This document shows, piece by piece, positions 17,612 to 26,013 of a DNA stretch of 36,261 nt. The notes below the pieces were generated by a model that was given only the letters and a program-made list of their open reading frames with translations, was not told the origin of the DNA and did not search any database. This stretch comes from Eubacteriales bacterium (lineage in GTDB: Bacteria; Bacillota; Clostridia; Oscillospirales; CAG-382): NCBI GenBank assembly GCA_045636665.1, contig JAZTXY010000087.1:1-36261 (forward strand), read 5' to 3'. The position numbers and the translations under genes are program-made. Within the stretch, counting starts at the first letter, position 1; each line of letters begins with the position of its first letter.

Positions 17612-18409
17612 ATGATAAAGCTTAACGGAAACGAAGTTGCGCTCGGAACCTTTCCCGACGGAACGATGCTTATAAAGCAAAAAGCACCCGAAGCGGAGGA
17701 AATAACTCTTTCGTGGTTTTATGAAAACGACAGAGAATTGGTTGCGATTATATTTCTCGCGAACCATTTAAAAGCGCAGGGCAAGGAAAACATACGTCTT
17801 TATATGCCCTATATCCCCAACGCAAGACAAGACCGAGTTAAAAGCGGTGAGGACGTATTTACCCTTAAATATTTCGCAAACGTCATTAACGGCTTGGGCT
17901 TCAAAACCGTAACGGTGCTTGACCCCCATTCGAGCGTGAGCGAGGCGTTGATTGACAACATAACGATACAAAAGCCTAAAAAATATATCGAGGACGCTAT
18001 ACGCAAAATCGAAGAAATCGAGGGCGAAACGCCTTCGCTGTTCTATCCCGACGAGGGCTCGGGCAAGCGTTATTCGGGTATGATACCGCTTCCTTATGCG
18101 TTTGGGATCAAAAAACGCGATTGGAAGAGCGGAACAATTTTGGGACTTGACGTTGCGGGTGACGTTGAGAATATCAAGGGCAAAAACATCCTTATCGTTG
18201 ACGATATATGCTCGCGCGGCGGAACCTTTTATTTCGCGGCGAAGCATCTTAAGGAATTGGGCGCTCGTAAAATTTATTTGTATATTACTCATTGCGAAAA
18301 CACCGTTTTCGAGGGTGAGGTGCTTACAAGCGGTCTTATTGAAAAGGTATTTACGACCGACAGCATACTTACAAAAGATCACGAAAGAATCGAAAAATTT
18401 GCACTTTGA
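17612..18409 (+). CDS. Short divergent ribose-phosphate pyrophosphokinase-like protein (NAMPT-associated; possible ADP-ribose pyrophosphokinase)
   Basis: Motifs FPDG, MPYIPNARQDR, LDPHS, PDEG..KRY, KKRD, LIVDDICSRGGTF, YITH. At 265 aa it is shorter than housekeeping Prs. Confidence 0.88.
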   Translation: MIKLNGNEVALGTFPDGTMLIKQKAPEAEEITLSWFYENDRELVAIIFLANHLKAQGKENIRLYMPYIPNARQDRVKSGEDVFTLKYFANVINGLGFKTVTVLDPHSSVSEALIDNITIQKPKKYIEDAIRKIEEIEGETPSLFYPDEGSGKRYSGMIPLPYAFGIKKRDWKSGTILGLDVAGDVENIKGKNILIVDDICSRGGTFYFAAKHLKELGARKIYLYITHCENTVFEGEVLTSGLIEKVFTTDSILTKDHERIEKFAL

Positions 18410-18419
18410 GGAGAACGTT

Positions 18420-19889
18420 ATGAGCAAAAATATAAATCCGATGCTGCTGTGCGATTTTTATAAAACCGTTCACAGCGATATGATAAATCCGAAAATGACA
18501 AAATCGATGTCTTATTACACTCCTCGGATGAGCCGTGTAAACCGCTGGGACAAGGTCGTTATGTTCGGTGTGCAGATGTTTTGCAAAACCTGGCTTATCG
18601 ATTATTTCAATGAAAACTTTTTCGAACTTTCCGAGGATGAGGTTGTCGGCGAATACACACGCGTTTTGGATGCGACTCTCGGAAAAGGCATTTACGGAAC
18701 CGAAAAGATAAGAAAGCTTCATAGATTAGGCTATCTTCCCATCGAAATAATTGCGCTTCCCGAGGGAACGATGGTTCCCGTTCACGTTCCGATGTTCGGT
18801 ATTACCAACACTCACGACGATTTCGCGTGGTTGCCTCAAGCACTTGAAAGCCTTATTTCTGCCGAAATGTGGTATCCGCAAATAACCGCAACGGTCGGAA
18901 AGACCTATCGAGATATCGTAAATAAATATTATGCCGAAACGGTCGAGGATGACGTTCCCCGCGCAAGAGCTTTAGGCGCATTCGATTTCCGCGGCGATAT
19001 GTGCGTTGATGCGGCGCTTATGGCGGGTGCGGGCTGGTGCTTATCCTTCCTGCTCACCGCAACCGTACCTGCAATTCCTTATCTTGAAAATATGTTCAAC
19101 TGCGACTGCACGAAAGAGCCGGTTGCGTTCGGTTCGGTTTCGACCGAGCATTTCGTAATGTGCTCGAATTATGCGGTTGACGGCGATGAAATAACCTTCC
19201 TTCGTAAAATGCTGACCGAGCTTTATCCCAACACAAGCTTTTCCTGCGTTCTCGACAGCTATGATTATTGGAACGTTATTGACAATATTCTTCCTCAGCT
19301 TCACGATGAAATTATGGCGCACAACGGATGTATGCTTATGAGAGGCGATTCGGGCGATTGCGTTGAGGTCGTTACCAAAACCGTGTTTAAGCTTTGGGAG
19401 CAGTTTGGCGGAACGGTCAACTCCAAGGGATATAAGGTTCTCGATCCGCACGTAAAGGCAATTTACGGCGACAGCATAACCGTTCAACGCTGTGAAGAAA
19501 TTTACGAAATCCTCAAAAATGCGGGCTTTGCGTGTTCTAACGTCGCATTGGGTGTCGGCTCGTTCTCGATGCACTGTATCGAGGAGGATAATATCTTGAA
19601 GCCCTTCACCCGTGACACCTTCAGCTCCTGCATCAAGGCGTGCTATGCAGAGGTCGACGGCAAATGCTATCCCGTATTCAAAAATCCTAAAGACGGCGGA
19701 TTCAAAAAGAGCCAAAAGGGACTTTGCTACGTTTACGAGGAAGACGGCGTTTTGAAGTATAAAGACGGATACACTTCTGCAGATATTCCCGACGGAAACC
19801 TTTTGGAAACCGTATTTAAGGACGGCAAGATGATAAAGGACTATACCTTAAACGAAATCAGACAGCGTCTGAACGGAGGTAATTTTTAA
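18420..19889 (+). CDS. NAMPT/NadV-fold phosphoribosyltransferase (nicotinamide or nicotinate substrate)
   Basis: Motifs LLCDFYK..H, F.FRG, STEH (catalytic His), DSYD, RGDSGD, IYGDSIT, GVGS, TRDT, KKSQKG. True start is ATG 18420 with GAGGAG RBS; the ORF-track start at 18096 overlaps the prs-like gene. Confidence 0.92.
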   Translation: MSKNINPMLLCDFYKTVHSDMINPKMTKSMSYYTPRMSRVNRWDKVVMFGVQMFCKTWLIDYFNENFFELSEDEVVGEYTRVLDATLGKGIYGTEKIRKLHRLGYLPIEIIALPEGTMVPVHVPMFGITNTHDDFAWLPQALESLISAEMWYPQITATVGKTYRDIVNKYYAETVEDDVPRARALGAFDFRGDMCVDAALMAGAGWCLSFLLTATVPAIPYLENMFNCDCTKEPVAFGSVSTEHFVMCSNYAVDGDEITFLRKMLTELYPNTSFSCVLDSYDYWNVIDNILPQLHDEIMAHNGCMLMRGDSGDCVEVVTKTVFKLWEQFGGTVNSKGYKVLDPHVKAIYGDSITVQRCEEIYEILKNAGFACSNVALGVGSFSMHCIEEDNILKPFTRDTFSSCIKACYAEVDGKCYPVFKNPKDGGFKKSQKGLCYVYEEDGVLKYKDGYTSADIPDGNLLETVFKDGKMIKDYTLNEIRQRLNGGNF

Positions 19890-20632
19890 TGTTTAACGCA
19901 GACAAGGTAAAAAACGAATGTGTTCAATGGATTCGTGATTTTTTCGAGGCTAACGGAAAGGGTTGCAATGCCGTATTGGGCATTTCGGGAGGCAAGGACA
20001 GCTCGGTTGCCGCGGCGCTTTGCGTTGAAGCTTTGGGAAAGGATCGCGTTATCGGTGTGCTTATGCCCCAAGGGGAACAGCACGATATCGATAAAGCGTT
20101 TATGCTCGTTAATCATTTGGGGATAAAGCATTACGTAATAAACATAAAATCCGCCGTCGATGCAATTCTCGAAAATCTTCCGAACGAGCTTGAAATTACC
20201 GCGCAGTCTAAACAAAACCTTCCTCCGCGAATCAGAATGTCGACGCTTTATGCCGTTTCTCAAAGCTGTAACGGCAGGGTTTGTAACACCTGCAATCTTT
20301 CCGAGGATTGGGTGGGATATTCGACTCGCTACGGCGATTCTGTCGGCGATTTCAGCCCGATGTCCAAGCTTACGGTTGACGAGGTTAAGAAAATCGGGTA
20401 TGCTCTCGATCTTCCCAAGGAATTGGTCGACAAGGTGCCGATTGACGGACTTTGCGGAAAGAGCGATGAGGACAATCTTGGCTTTACCTATGCCGAGCTC
20501 GATAAATACATCAGAACCGGCGAAATCGATGATGAAAACAAAAAGGCAATTATCGACCGAAAGCACAATGCAAATCTGTTCAAGCTTCAGCTTATGCCTA
20601 TTTTCGATCCCAAAATCGAAACGAAAGCATAA
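19889..20632 (+). CDS. nadE: NH3-dependent NAD(+) synthetase (single domain)
   Basis: Motifs LGISGGKDS, N…RIRM..LY, NTCNLSE..VGYSTRYGD, P.DGL…SDEDNLG.TY. No glutaminase domain. TAATG overlap with the upstream gene. Confidence 0.95.
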   Translation: MFNADKVKNECVQWIRDFFEANGKGCNAVLGISGGKDSSVAAALCVEALGKDRVIGVLMPQGEQHDIDKAFMLVNHLGIKHYVINIKSAVDAILENLPNELEITAQSKQNLPPRIRMSTLYAVSQSCNGRVCNTCNLSEDWVGYSTRYGDSVGDFSPMSKLTVDEVKKIGYALDLPKELVDKVPIDGLCGKSDEDNLGFTYAELDKYIRTGEIDDENKKAIIDRKHNANLFKLQLMPIFDPKIETKA

Positions 20633-20652
20633 CGGTTGGTTTCTCCTTAAAC

Positions 20653-20684
20653 AAAAAACGGCAGGTGAAATCCTGCCGTTTTTT
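20653..20684. terminator. Bidirectional intrinsic terminator
   Basis: Stem AAAAAACGGCAGG/CCTGCCGTTTTTT. Confidence 0.88.
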
Positions 20685-20695
20685 CAATTCCGTTT

Positions 20696-21928
20696 TTATT
20701 CCCAAGGAATAACGCCTTCAAGGGCGATTTTGTCGGCTGCCTTTTGAAGCTCCTTTGCTTCCGCTTCGGGGAGGTTGAACAATATATCAAGCTCGGTTGC
20801 GCTCTTTCCGAACAACGTCGCATAGAAGGTGCAAACCGCGAGATAACCGCCGCGAGTGTTGGTGTGCGCGTTATCCGAGCCCCAAAGGTTGCCGCCGCAA
20901 TTCTTGATTGCGTAAGCAAAAGCTCTGTTTACGTAAACGCAGGATGCATCGTATTCTTCAGCCGCAGGGGTGAAGTGATCGTCGAACACCTTGCATTGTT
21001 CGAAGTTCTTATATCCTGCGAGGTCCTTTCCGTAAGGAGGTCTTACATAGAAATAGAACTTCGCACCGCTTTCGTGAACCGCTTTTCCGATCTTTTCGAT
21101 TGCCTTTAAGCTCTTTGCACGTTCGGCTTCTGTCACTATCGAGTTGCCGTTTTCTTGGATAAATACCGCATCATAGCCCTTTGCGATTTCTGCAAACAGC
21201 GAAGCGTCTGCCGCGTGCTGTTCAAGAGTGCGTCCGCCGGGAACGATTTGCTTTTGAGTGATGGTGATACCCTTGCTAAAGCAAACCTTTGCAAGATTTG
21301 CAGGGATATCGTTAACGTAGGTTGCGCTGTTACCTATAAAGAGAAGCTTATAGGAAGACTTTTCGGGGAGCTTTGCATCCGAAAGAGAGGGGGACGCAAT
21401 TTCTGTCTTTGCCACGATTAAACTACCGTCCTTTGCGCTGTCGGTGATTTTGTAATAATGCTCTTTGCCCTTTTCATCGGCAAACGAAATGCCGTTTACA
21501 GCTATAATGTCGGCAAACTCGATATCCGCAATGAGCGGTTTTTGAGCGGTTACCTCGGTCGTCTCGAAAAGAATATCGCCAATAACCACTTCGTCGGTAA
21601 GCTCGTCGTTTATCGAGAAAATTTTGACGTTGTAAATGTTCGATTTCGGTGTAATCAAAACTGTCATAACGTTGTATTCTTTTTTCGATTCGTATCTTTG
21701 ACAGTTTTTAATTTTGCCGATATCTTCTTCATTAACAAATTCGGCTGTGAAAAGACCGTCAATCTCTGCTTTCGGATTTTCTTGCTGTTCGGGCTCACTC
21801 GATTCCTCGGGAGTTGAAGATGTTGCAACGTCTTCGTTACTGCACGCCATAAACAGCGGCAGGCACAAAGCCATGCACAAAACGAAACAAAGAAAGGCTT
21901 TAATACGGGTAGATTTTACTGTTTCCAT
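20696..21928 (-). CDS. Lipoprotein with C-terminal SGNH/GDSL-like hydrolase domain
   Basis: Lipobox LFMA-C; block I LLFIGNSATY; GG.TL..H; V.IQE; D..H (SDNAH). Confidence 0.78.
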   Translation of the reverse strand: METVKSTRIKAFLCFVLCMALCLPLFMACSNEDVATSSTPEESSEPEQQENPKAEIDGLFTAEFVNEEDIGKIKNCQRYESKKEYNVMTVLITPKSNIYNVKIFSINDELTDEVVIGDILFETTEVTAQKPLIADIEFADIIAVNGISFADEKGKEHYYKITDSAKDGSLIVAKTEIASPSLSDAKLPEKSSYKLLFIGNSATYVNDIPANLAKVCFSKGITITQKQIVPGGRTLEQHAADASLFAEIAKGYDAVFIQENGNSIVTEAERAKSLKAIEKIGKAVHESGAKFYFYVRPPYGKDLAGYKNFEQCKVFDDHFTPAAEEYDASCVYVNRAFAYAIKNCGGNLWGSDNAHTNTRGGYLAVCTFYATLFGKSATELDILFNLPEAEAKELQKAADKIALEGVIPWE

Positions 21929-21992
21929 ATATTACCTCGCGTTCTTTATTTTGATAATACATTATTATACAGCGGTCGATGCGTTTTATCAA
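21801..21992 (-). repeat. Copy 1 of 192-bp promoter + RBS + lipoprotein signal-peptide cassette
   Basis: Same length as, and colinear with, 24098-24289. Contains TTGATA-17-TATAAT on minus (21964-21992). Confidence 0.85.
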
Positions 21993-22045
21993 TGCCGTCG
22001 AGCCCGAAAACGAAATATCGGTAAGCCGTTTTACCGCGCAAATCA

Positions 22046-22073
22046 AAAGACCGAGGAATGCTCCTCGGTCTTT
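22046..22073 (-). terminator. Intrinsic terminator between the two lipoprotein genes
   Basis: Stem AAAGACCGAGGA/TCCTCGGTCTTT. Confidence 0.82.
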
Positions 22074-22092
22074 GTTTTAAGCTTCATTTGCT

Positions 22093-24225
22093 TCAGGCGG
22101 TGTAAACCGAAACTGTTTTTGTGGCAGTGTCGTACTTAAGACGAATGTCGCTTTCATAAATCGTGCGAGTGTTTATGTTTGCAACCGAGCAATCCTCGAC
22201 CATTCCGCGAGAGAGCATATCGACAAGCTCGTCGATGGGTGCGCCGTGCGCGGTAATTGCAAATCCGCCCTCGGGAATTACGATTTCGTAAAGCTTATAA
22301 CCGAATCCGCCTGACGAATAGTCGTCCATGTAGTTTTCGTGGATTTTGATAGCGGGGTTTTTGGTGTAGTCGGAATAATAGCTGTTGCAGTAATATCCCG
22401 TGCCGTCGGGTCCGCCATATCCGCTATCGGGGTATATAACCGAATATGCGATTCTGCCCTCTGCATCAACGACGATATAATATCTCCAGCTGTTGCCGAT
22501 CCAAGAATAGCTGCCCTTTGAAGCATCGGTAAGAGTGCGGATCTTTGTGCCCGATTCGGTCCAAACCGCAATAGCATCCGCGCCTGCATCGGAGTTGGTG
22601 GATTTGAACGAAAGGCTTGTGGGTGCGTCGGGATTTGATTCAACGTTTTCCGCTTTAATGTTAAGCGTCATTGTTTTGGGATCGAAGATAAAGGTTACGG
22701 ATTTTACCTTTGTTCCCGAATATGTAATGCTTTTATCGTTCGAAAAATAAAGCTTTTGACCTGCCGCTTCGCTCGAGGATGCCGCAATATCACCCGTTAC
22801 CTTTATATCCTTCTTTGTAAGACGCACGCCCTTGTACGCGAACATAAGGTGGTGGTTGGCGTTCATTTTTAACGTTGCTTCGTAGGTGTCGTTTGCCTTG
22901 TTATAGGTTGCCGAGCCATCGAAGGAGCCCAAATAGGTAAGACCTAAGTCATCGCCCGGCTCGGTAGCTACCGTGGTGGTAAAGCTGAAGTCGGACTTGA
23001 AGTTATAAACATAACTATTTCTGGGAAGGTCGTTATCCTCGAAAAGCGTGGAGAAGCCGGTTTGAGGACCGAAGCCCAAGGTGATTCCGTCTTGCTTGAC
23101 TTGGAAATTATAGGTGTGCGCGTGTCCTACGAAAAATGCCTTGGTGCTTCCTTTTTTCACCATAACGTCGTAAAGTCCCGTGTTAACGTTGGTGGGGCCG
23201 CCTGTTTTGATAGAGGAAACGTCGGCATTGGAAAGGGTTTGCTTGATAACGAATTCCGCGCCCTTGCCGTTAAGAGCCGAAACGTAAGCATCGTAAAATT
23301 CGGGAAGCTGAATGTGCGAGAACACCATAGAGGGAATCATTTTGCCGTCGTAAAGCTTGTTGAGCTTATCGATTTCGGAAGAATACCAATTAATCTGTCC
23401 TTCGGTAATTGATTCATAGGTAGCAATGCTTTGCGAATATGTGCCTGCGTCAAATACCATAATAGCGCCGACAAGCTTATCTCCTGCGGGGTTTAAAACC
23501 GATATCGAGAAATTGCCGTAACGGTTTGCCGATTCCTCAACATATCCTTTGCTGTAAATAAGATAGGGGGAATTGCAATTTTCAAGATAATCGGAAAGAG
23601 CTTTTTTCGAATAACCGCTTGCATTGGATTCGGCATCGTGGTTGCCGTAAACAAAGGTCCACGGGGTTTTAAGACTGTCCATCATTGCAACGAATTCTTT
23701 AAGTCCGTCGACACCGGTTGTCGTGATGTTGTCGCCCGTACAGACGATAAGGTCGGGCGCATAGGTATCTACGATATAACGCATATACTTTTTGGTGCGG
23801 TCGGGCTTGTCGTTGTGGTAATCTTTGCCGGGGATTCCAAAGTGAAGGTCGGCAAACTGAGCAATCTTAAGTGTGCCGTTCTTGGGCATTTTGATATAAA
23901 GACCGTTTTCAACGTCGATAGGGTCGCCGCCTTCGTCATCGGAAACGTCGGATTCATCGGAAACGTCGGAATCAACGGACGCGTCGGAATTTTCGGTTTC
24001 GCTTGAATTTTCGGAATTGCTCGATTCTGCCGATTCAACCGAGTTTTCGGTGCTTTCTTCATCGGATACCGATTCGGATGTATTTATATCGCTTTGCGAT
24101 TCCTCGGGAGAGGAGGAATTTGTATTTTCGTCTTCGCTACACGCCATAAACAGCGGTAAACACAAAGCTGCGCACAGTACAAAACAAAGAAAAGCTTTAA
24201 TACGGGTGGATTTCACGGTTTTCAT
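22093..24225 (-). CDS. Lipoprotein with Ser/Glu/Asp-rich linker, calcineurin-like metallophosphoesterase domain and C-terminal beta-rich domains
   Basis: Lipobox LFMA-C; motifs QFADLHFG, CTGDN, YGNHD, FSHIQLPE, FVGHAH. Confidence 0.85.
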   Translation of the reverse strand: MKTVKSTRIKAFLCFVLCAALCLPLFMACSEDENTNSSSPEESQSDINTSESVSDEESTENSVESAESSNSENSSETENSDASVDSDVSDESDVSDDEGGDPIDVENGLYIKMPKNGTLKIAQFADLHFGIPGKDYHNDKPDRTKKYMRYIVDTYAPDLIVCTGDNITTTGVDGLKEFVAMMDSLKTPWTFVYGNHDAESNASGYSKKALSDYLENCNSPYLIYSKGYVEESANRYGNFSISVLNPAGDKLVGAIMVFDAGTYSQSIATYESITEGQINWYSSEIDKLNKLYDGKMIPSMVFSHIQLPEFYDAYVSALNGKGAEFVIKQTLSNADVSSIKTGGPTNVNTGLYDVMVKKGSTKAFFVGHAHTYNFQVKQDGITLGFGPQTGFSTLFEDNDLPRNSYVYNFKSDFSFTTTVATEPGDDLGLTYLGSFDGSATYNKANDTYEATLKMNANHHLMFAYKGVRLTKKDIKVTGDIAASSSEAAGQKLYFSNDKSITYSGTKVKSVTFIFDPKTMTLNIKAENVESNPDAPTSLSFKSTNSDAGADAIAVWTESGTKIRTLTDASKGSYSWIGNSWRYYIVVDAEGRIAYSVIYPDSGYGGPDGTGYYCNSYYSDYTKNPAIKIHENYMDDYSSGGFGYKLYEIVIPEGGFAITAHGAPIDELVDMLSRGMVEDCSVANINTRTIYESDIRLKYDTATKTVSVYTA

Positions 24226-24289
24226 ATACTGTCTCCTGTTTTTTATTTTGATAATACACTATTATACGACGGCAATCGGGCTTTGTCAA
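24098..24289 (-). repeat. Copy 2 of promoter + signal-peptide cassette
   Basis: Colinear with 21801-21992. Contains TTGACA-17-TATAAT on minus (24261-24289). Confidence 0.85.
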
Positions 24290-24352
24290 CCGAAACGGAT
24301 GCATACAGCCAAATAAACATATTATTATATTTAAGAAAATTGCAAAAAAATA

Positions 24353-24381
24353 TCGACAAAGCTATTTTTATGTTTTATAAT
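24353..24381 (+). promoter_or_regulatory. Sigma-A promoter for ClC gene
   Basis: TCGACA, 17 bp, TATAAT. Confidence 0.65.
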
Positions 24382-24419
24382 AGGGGCGAATTAAAGAAGA
24401 AAAGAACGAAGGTGTTAAA

Positions 24420-26006
24420 TTGAAGCACTACAAATACAAAGAATATATCGCAAATGTTTTTCCCTGCATATACTACGGTATAATTTGCGGTTCGGTTACA
24501 GGTGCTTTTATATTTCTGTTTAAAATAGCGGCAAACAAAATTACCGAGCTGTCGCAATTCCTTTATTCCGAATCGAACGGGAATGGGATATATATAGCGC
24601 TTATATTTTTAGCGTTGATCGCATTTGCGCTTTTGATGTACGGCATCCACCGCATAGCTCCCGAAATTAAGGGCGGCGGTATTCCGCGAAGCGAGGGTGT
24701 TTTGCGCGGTGTGCTTTCCTTCCGTTGGTTCAGAACACTTATCGGCACGTTTTTTTGCAGTATGGTAAGCTTTCTTTGCGGTCTTCCCTTGGGAAGCGAG
24801 GGCCCTGCCGTTCTTATGGGCACGTCTGTCGGCAAAATGTGCGGAAATATTTCGAGAAACAAAACCACTTGGAACCGATATATAATGACGGGCGGTGCAG
24901 GTGCGGGCTTTGCCGTTGCAACCGGCGCGCCGTTGGCAGGTATACTTTTTGCGCTTGAGGAGATACACAAGCGCTTCACCCCGATGCTTGTGCTTACCGT
25001 TTCGGTTTCGGTAGTGTCCGCAACGTACGTTAATCAGCTTCTTTGCCAAATTTTCGGCATAAGCGCAAATCTGTTTCATATCGAAAAATTTGCCGATTTT
25101 GAGCTTTCGCATATCGGATATTTACTGCTGCTCGGCTTATTGGTGGCAATCGCCGTAGGGCTTTTCGATTCGTCGATTTCGCTTTTTGCAAGATTTGCGG
25201 CAAGATTTTCGCGGTTTTTAACCGCGCCGGTAAAGCTCGTTTCCATTTTTGTTGTTACGGGTATATTGGCATTTGTTTTTGGCGACGCTTTATACAGCGG
25301 ACATCACACAATCGAGCACGTTATGGAAAACAACAAAACCGTTTGGTTTTTGGTTGCGCTTTTCGCAATTCGCCTTTTGATGATGCTTTTTGTTACCGAC
25401 AGCGGTGTAACGGGCGGTATTTTCATCCCCACGCTTGCAATAGGCGCGGCGTTTTCGGCAATCTGCGCTAAATTGCTTGTTTATATGGGAATGGATGCCG
25501 AATTGTTCCCTGCGGTCGTATTCTTGGGAATGTGCGCCTTTATCGGCGGCACGTTGCGCGCGCCGCTTACCGCGGCAGTGCTGTTTATCGAGCTTACGGG
25601 ACAGTATACGAATCTTCTTTTCGTTGCGCTTGTAATTTTCACGGTAACCTTTATTACCGAAATGCTCAACCGCACACCCTTTTATGATTACGCGCTCGAA
25701 AAAATGGAGCACGCCCAAAATCAAGGCCGTCAGCCTATCATTGCCTGCTTTGAAATGAAGGTGGCGCACGGCTCATTCGTTGTCGGCAAGGCGGTAAGAG
25801 ATATTATGTGGCCCTCGGCATCGGTCGTCGTTTCGGTCACACGCGCCGACGAAACTCGCAAGGATATGGATAACAACGGCGAAAAGAAGCTTTACGTCGG
25901 TGATACGCTTGTGCTTCGGGCAAGGTTTTTCGATGAAGACGAAATAAGAAAAATGCTCGTCGGTCTTGTCGGAAACGAATACGAAATAAAACGCACCGAG
26001 ATTTAG
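24420..26006 (+). CDS. ClC (EriC-like) H+/anion antiporter with C-terminal TrkA-C/RCK-C domain
   Basis: Motifs GGGIP, LGSEGP, GAGAG….APLAG..FALEE, GGIFIP, RAPLT…ELTG, PFY. C-terminal VGK.VRDI.WP…GDTL. TTG start. Confidence 0.9.
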   Translation: MKHYKYKEYIANVFPCIYYGIICGSVTGAFIFLFKIAANKITELSQFLYSESNGNGIYIALIFLALIAFALLMYGIHRIAPEIKGGGIPRSEGVLRGVLSFRWFRTLIGTFFCSMVSFLCGLPLGSEGPAVLMGTSVGKMCGNISRNKTTWNRYIMTGGAGAGFAVATGAPLAGILFALEEIHKRFTPMLVLTVSVSVVSATYVNQLLCQIFGISANLFHIEKFADFELSHIGYLLLLGLLVAIAVGLFDSSISLFARFAARFSRFLTAPVKLVSIFVVTGILAFVFGDALYSGHHTIEHVMENNKTVWFLVALFAIRLLMMLFVTDSGVTGGIFIPTLAIGAAFSAICAKLLVYMGMDAELFPAVVFLGMCAFIGGTLRAPLTAAVLFIELTGQYTNLLFVALVIFTVTFITEMLNRTPFYDYALEKMEHAQNQGRQPIIACFEMKVAHGSFVVGKAVRDIMWPSASVVVSVTRADETRKDMDNNGEKKLYVGDTLVLRARFFDEDEIRKMLVGLVGNEYEIKRTEI

Positions 26007-26013
26007 GAGATTT

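Noticed and set aside
18096..18419. 108-aa N-terminal extension of the NAMPT-like ORF in the ORF track
   Set aside because: It overlaps the prs-like CDS in another frame. The RBS and family N-terminus point to ATG 18420.
16215..20632. NAD operon as prophage-borne NARP1
   Set aside because: No phage genes nearby, host-like codon usage, and it has its own NrtR, promoter and terminator.
24290..24419. Fluoride riboswitch upstream of ClC
   Set aside because: The leader is short and AT-rich with no GGCGATGG-type motif, and the protein lacks fluoride-ClC signatures.
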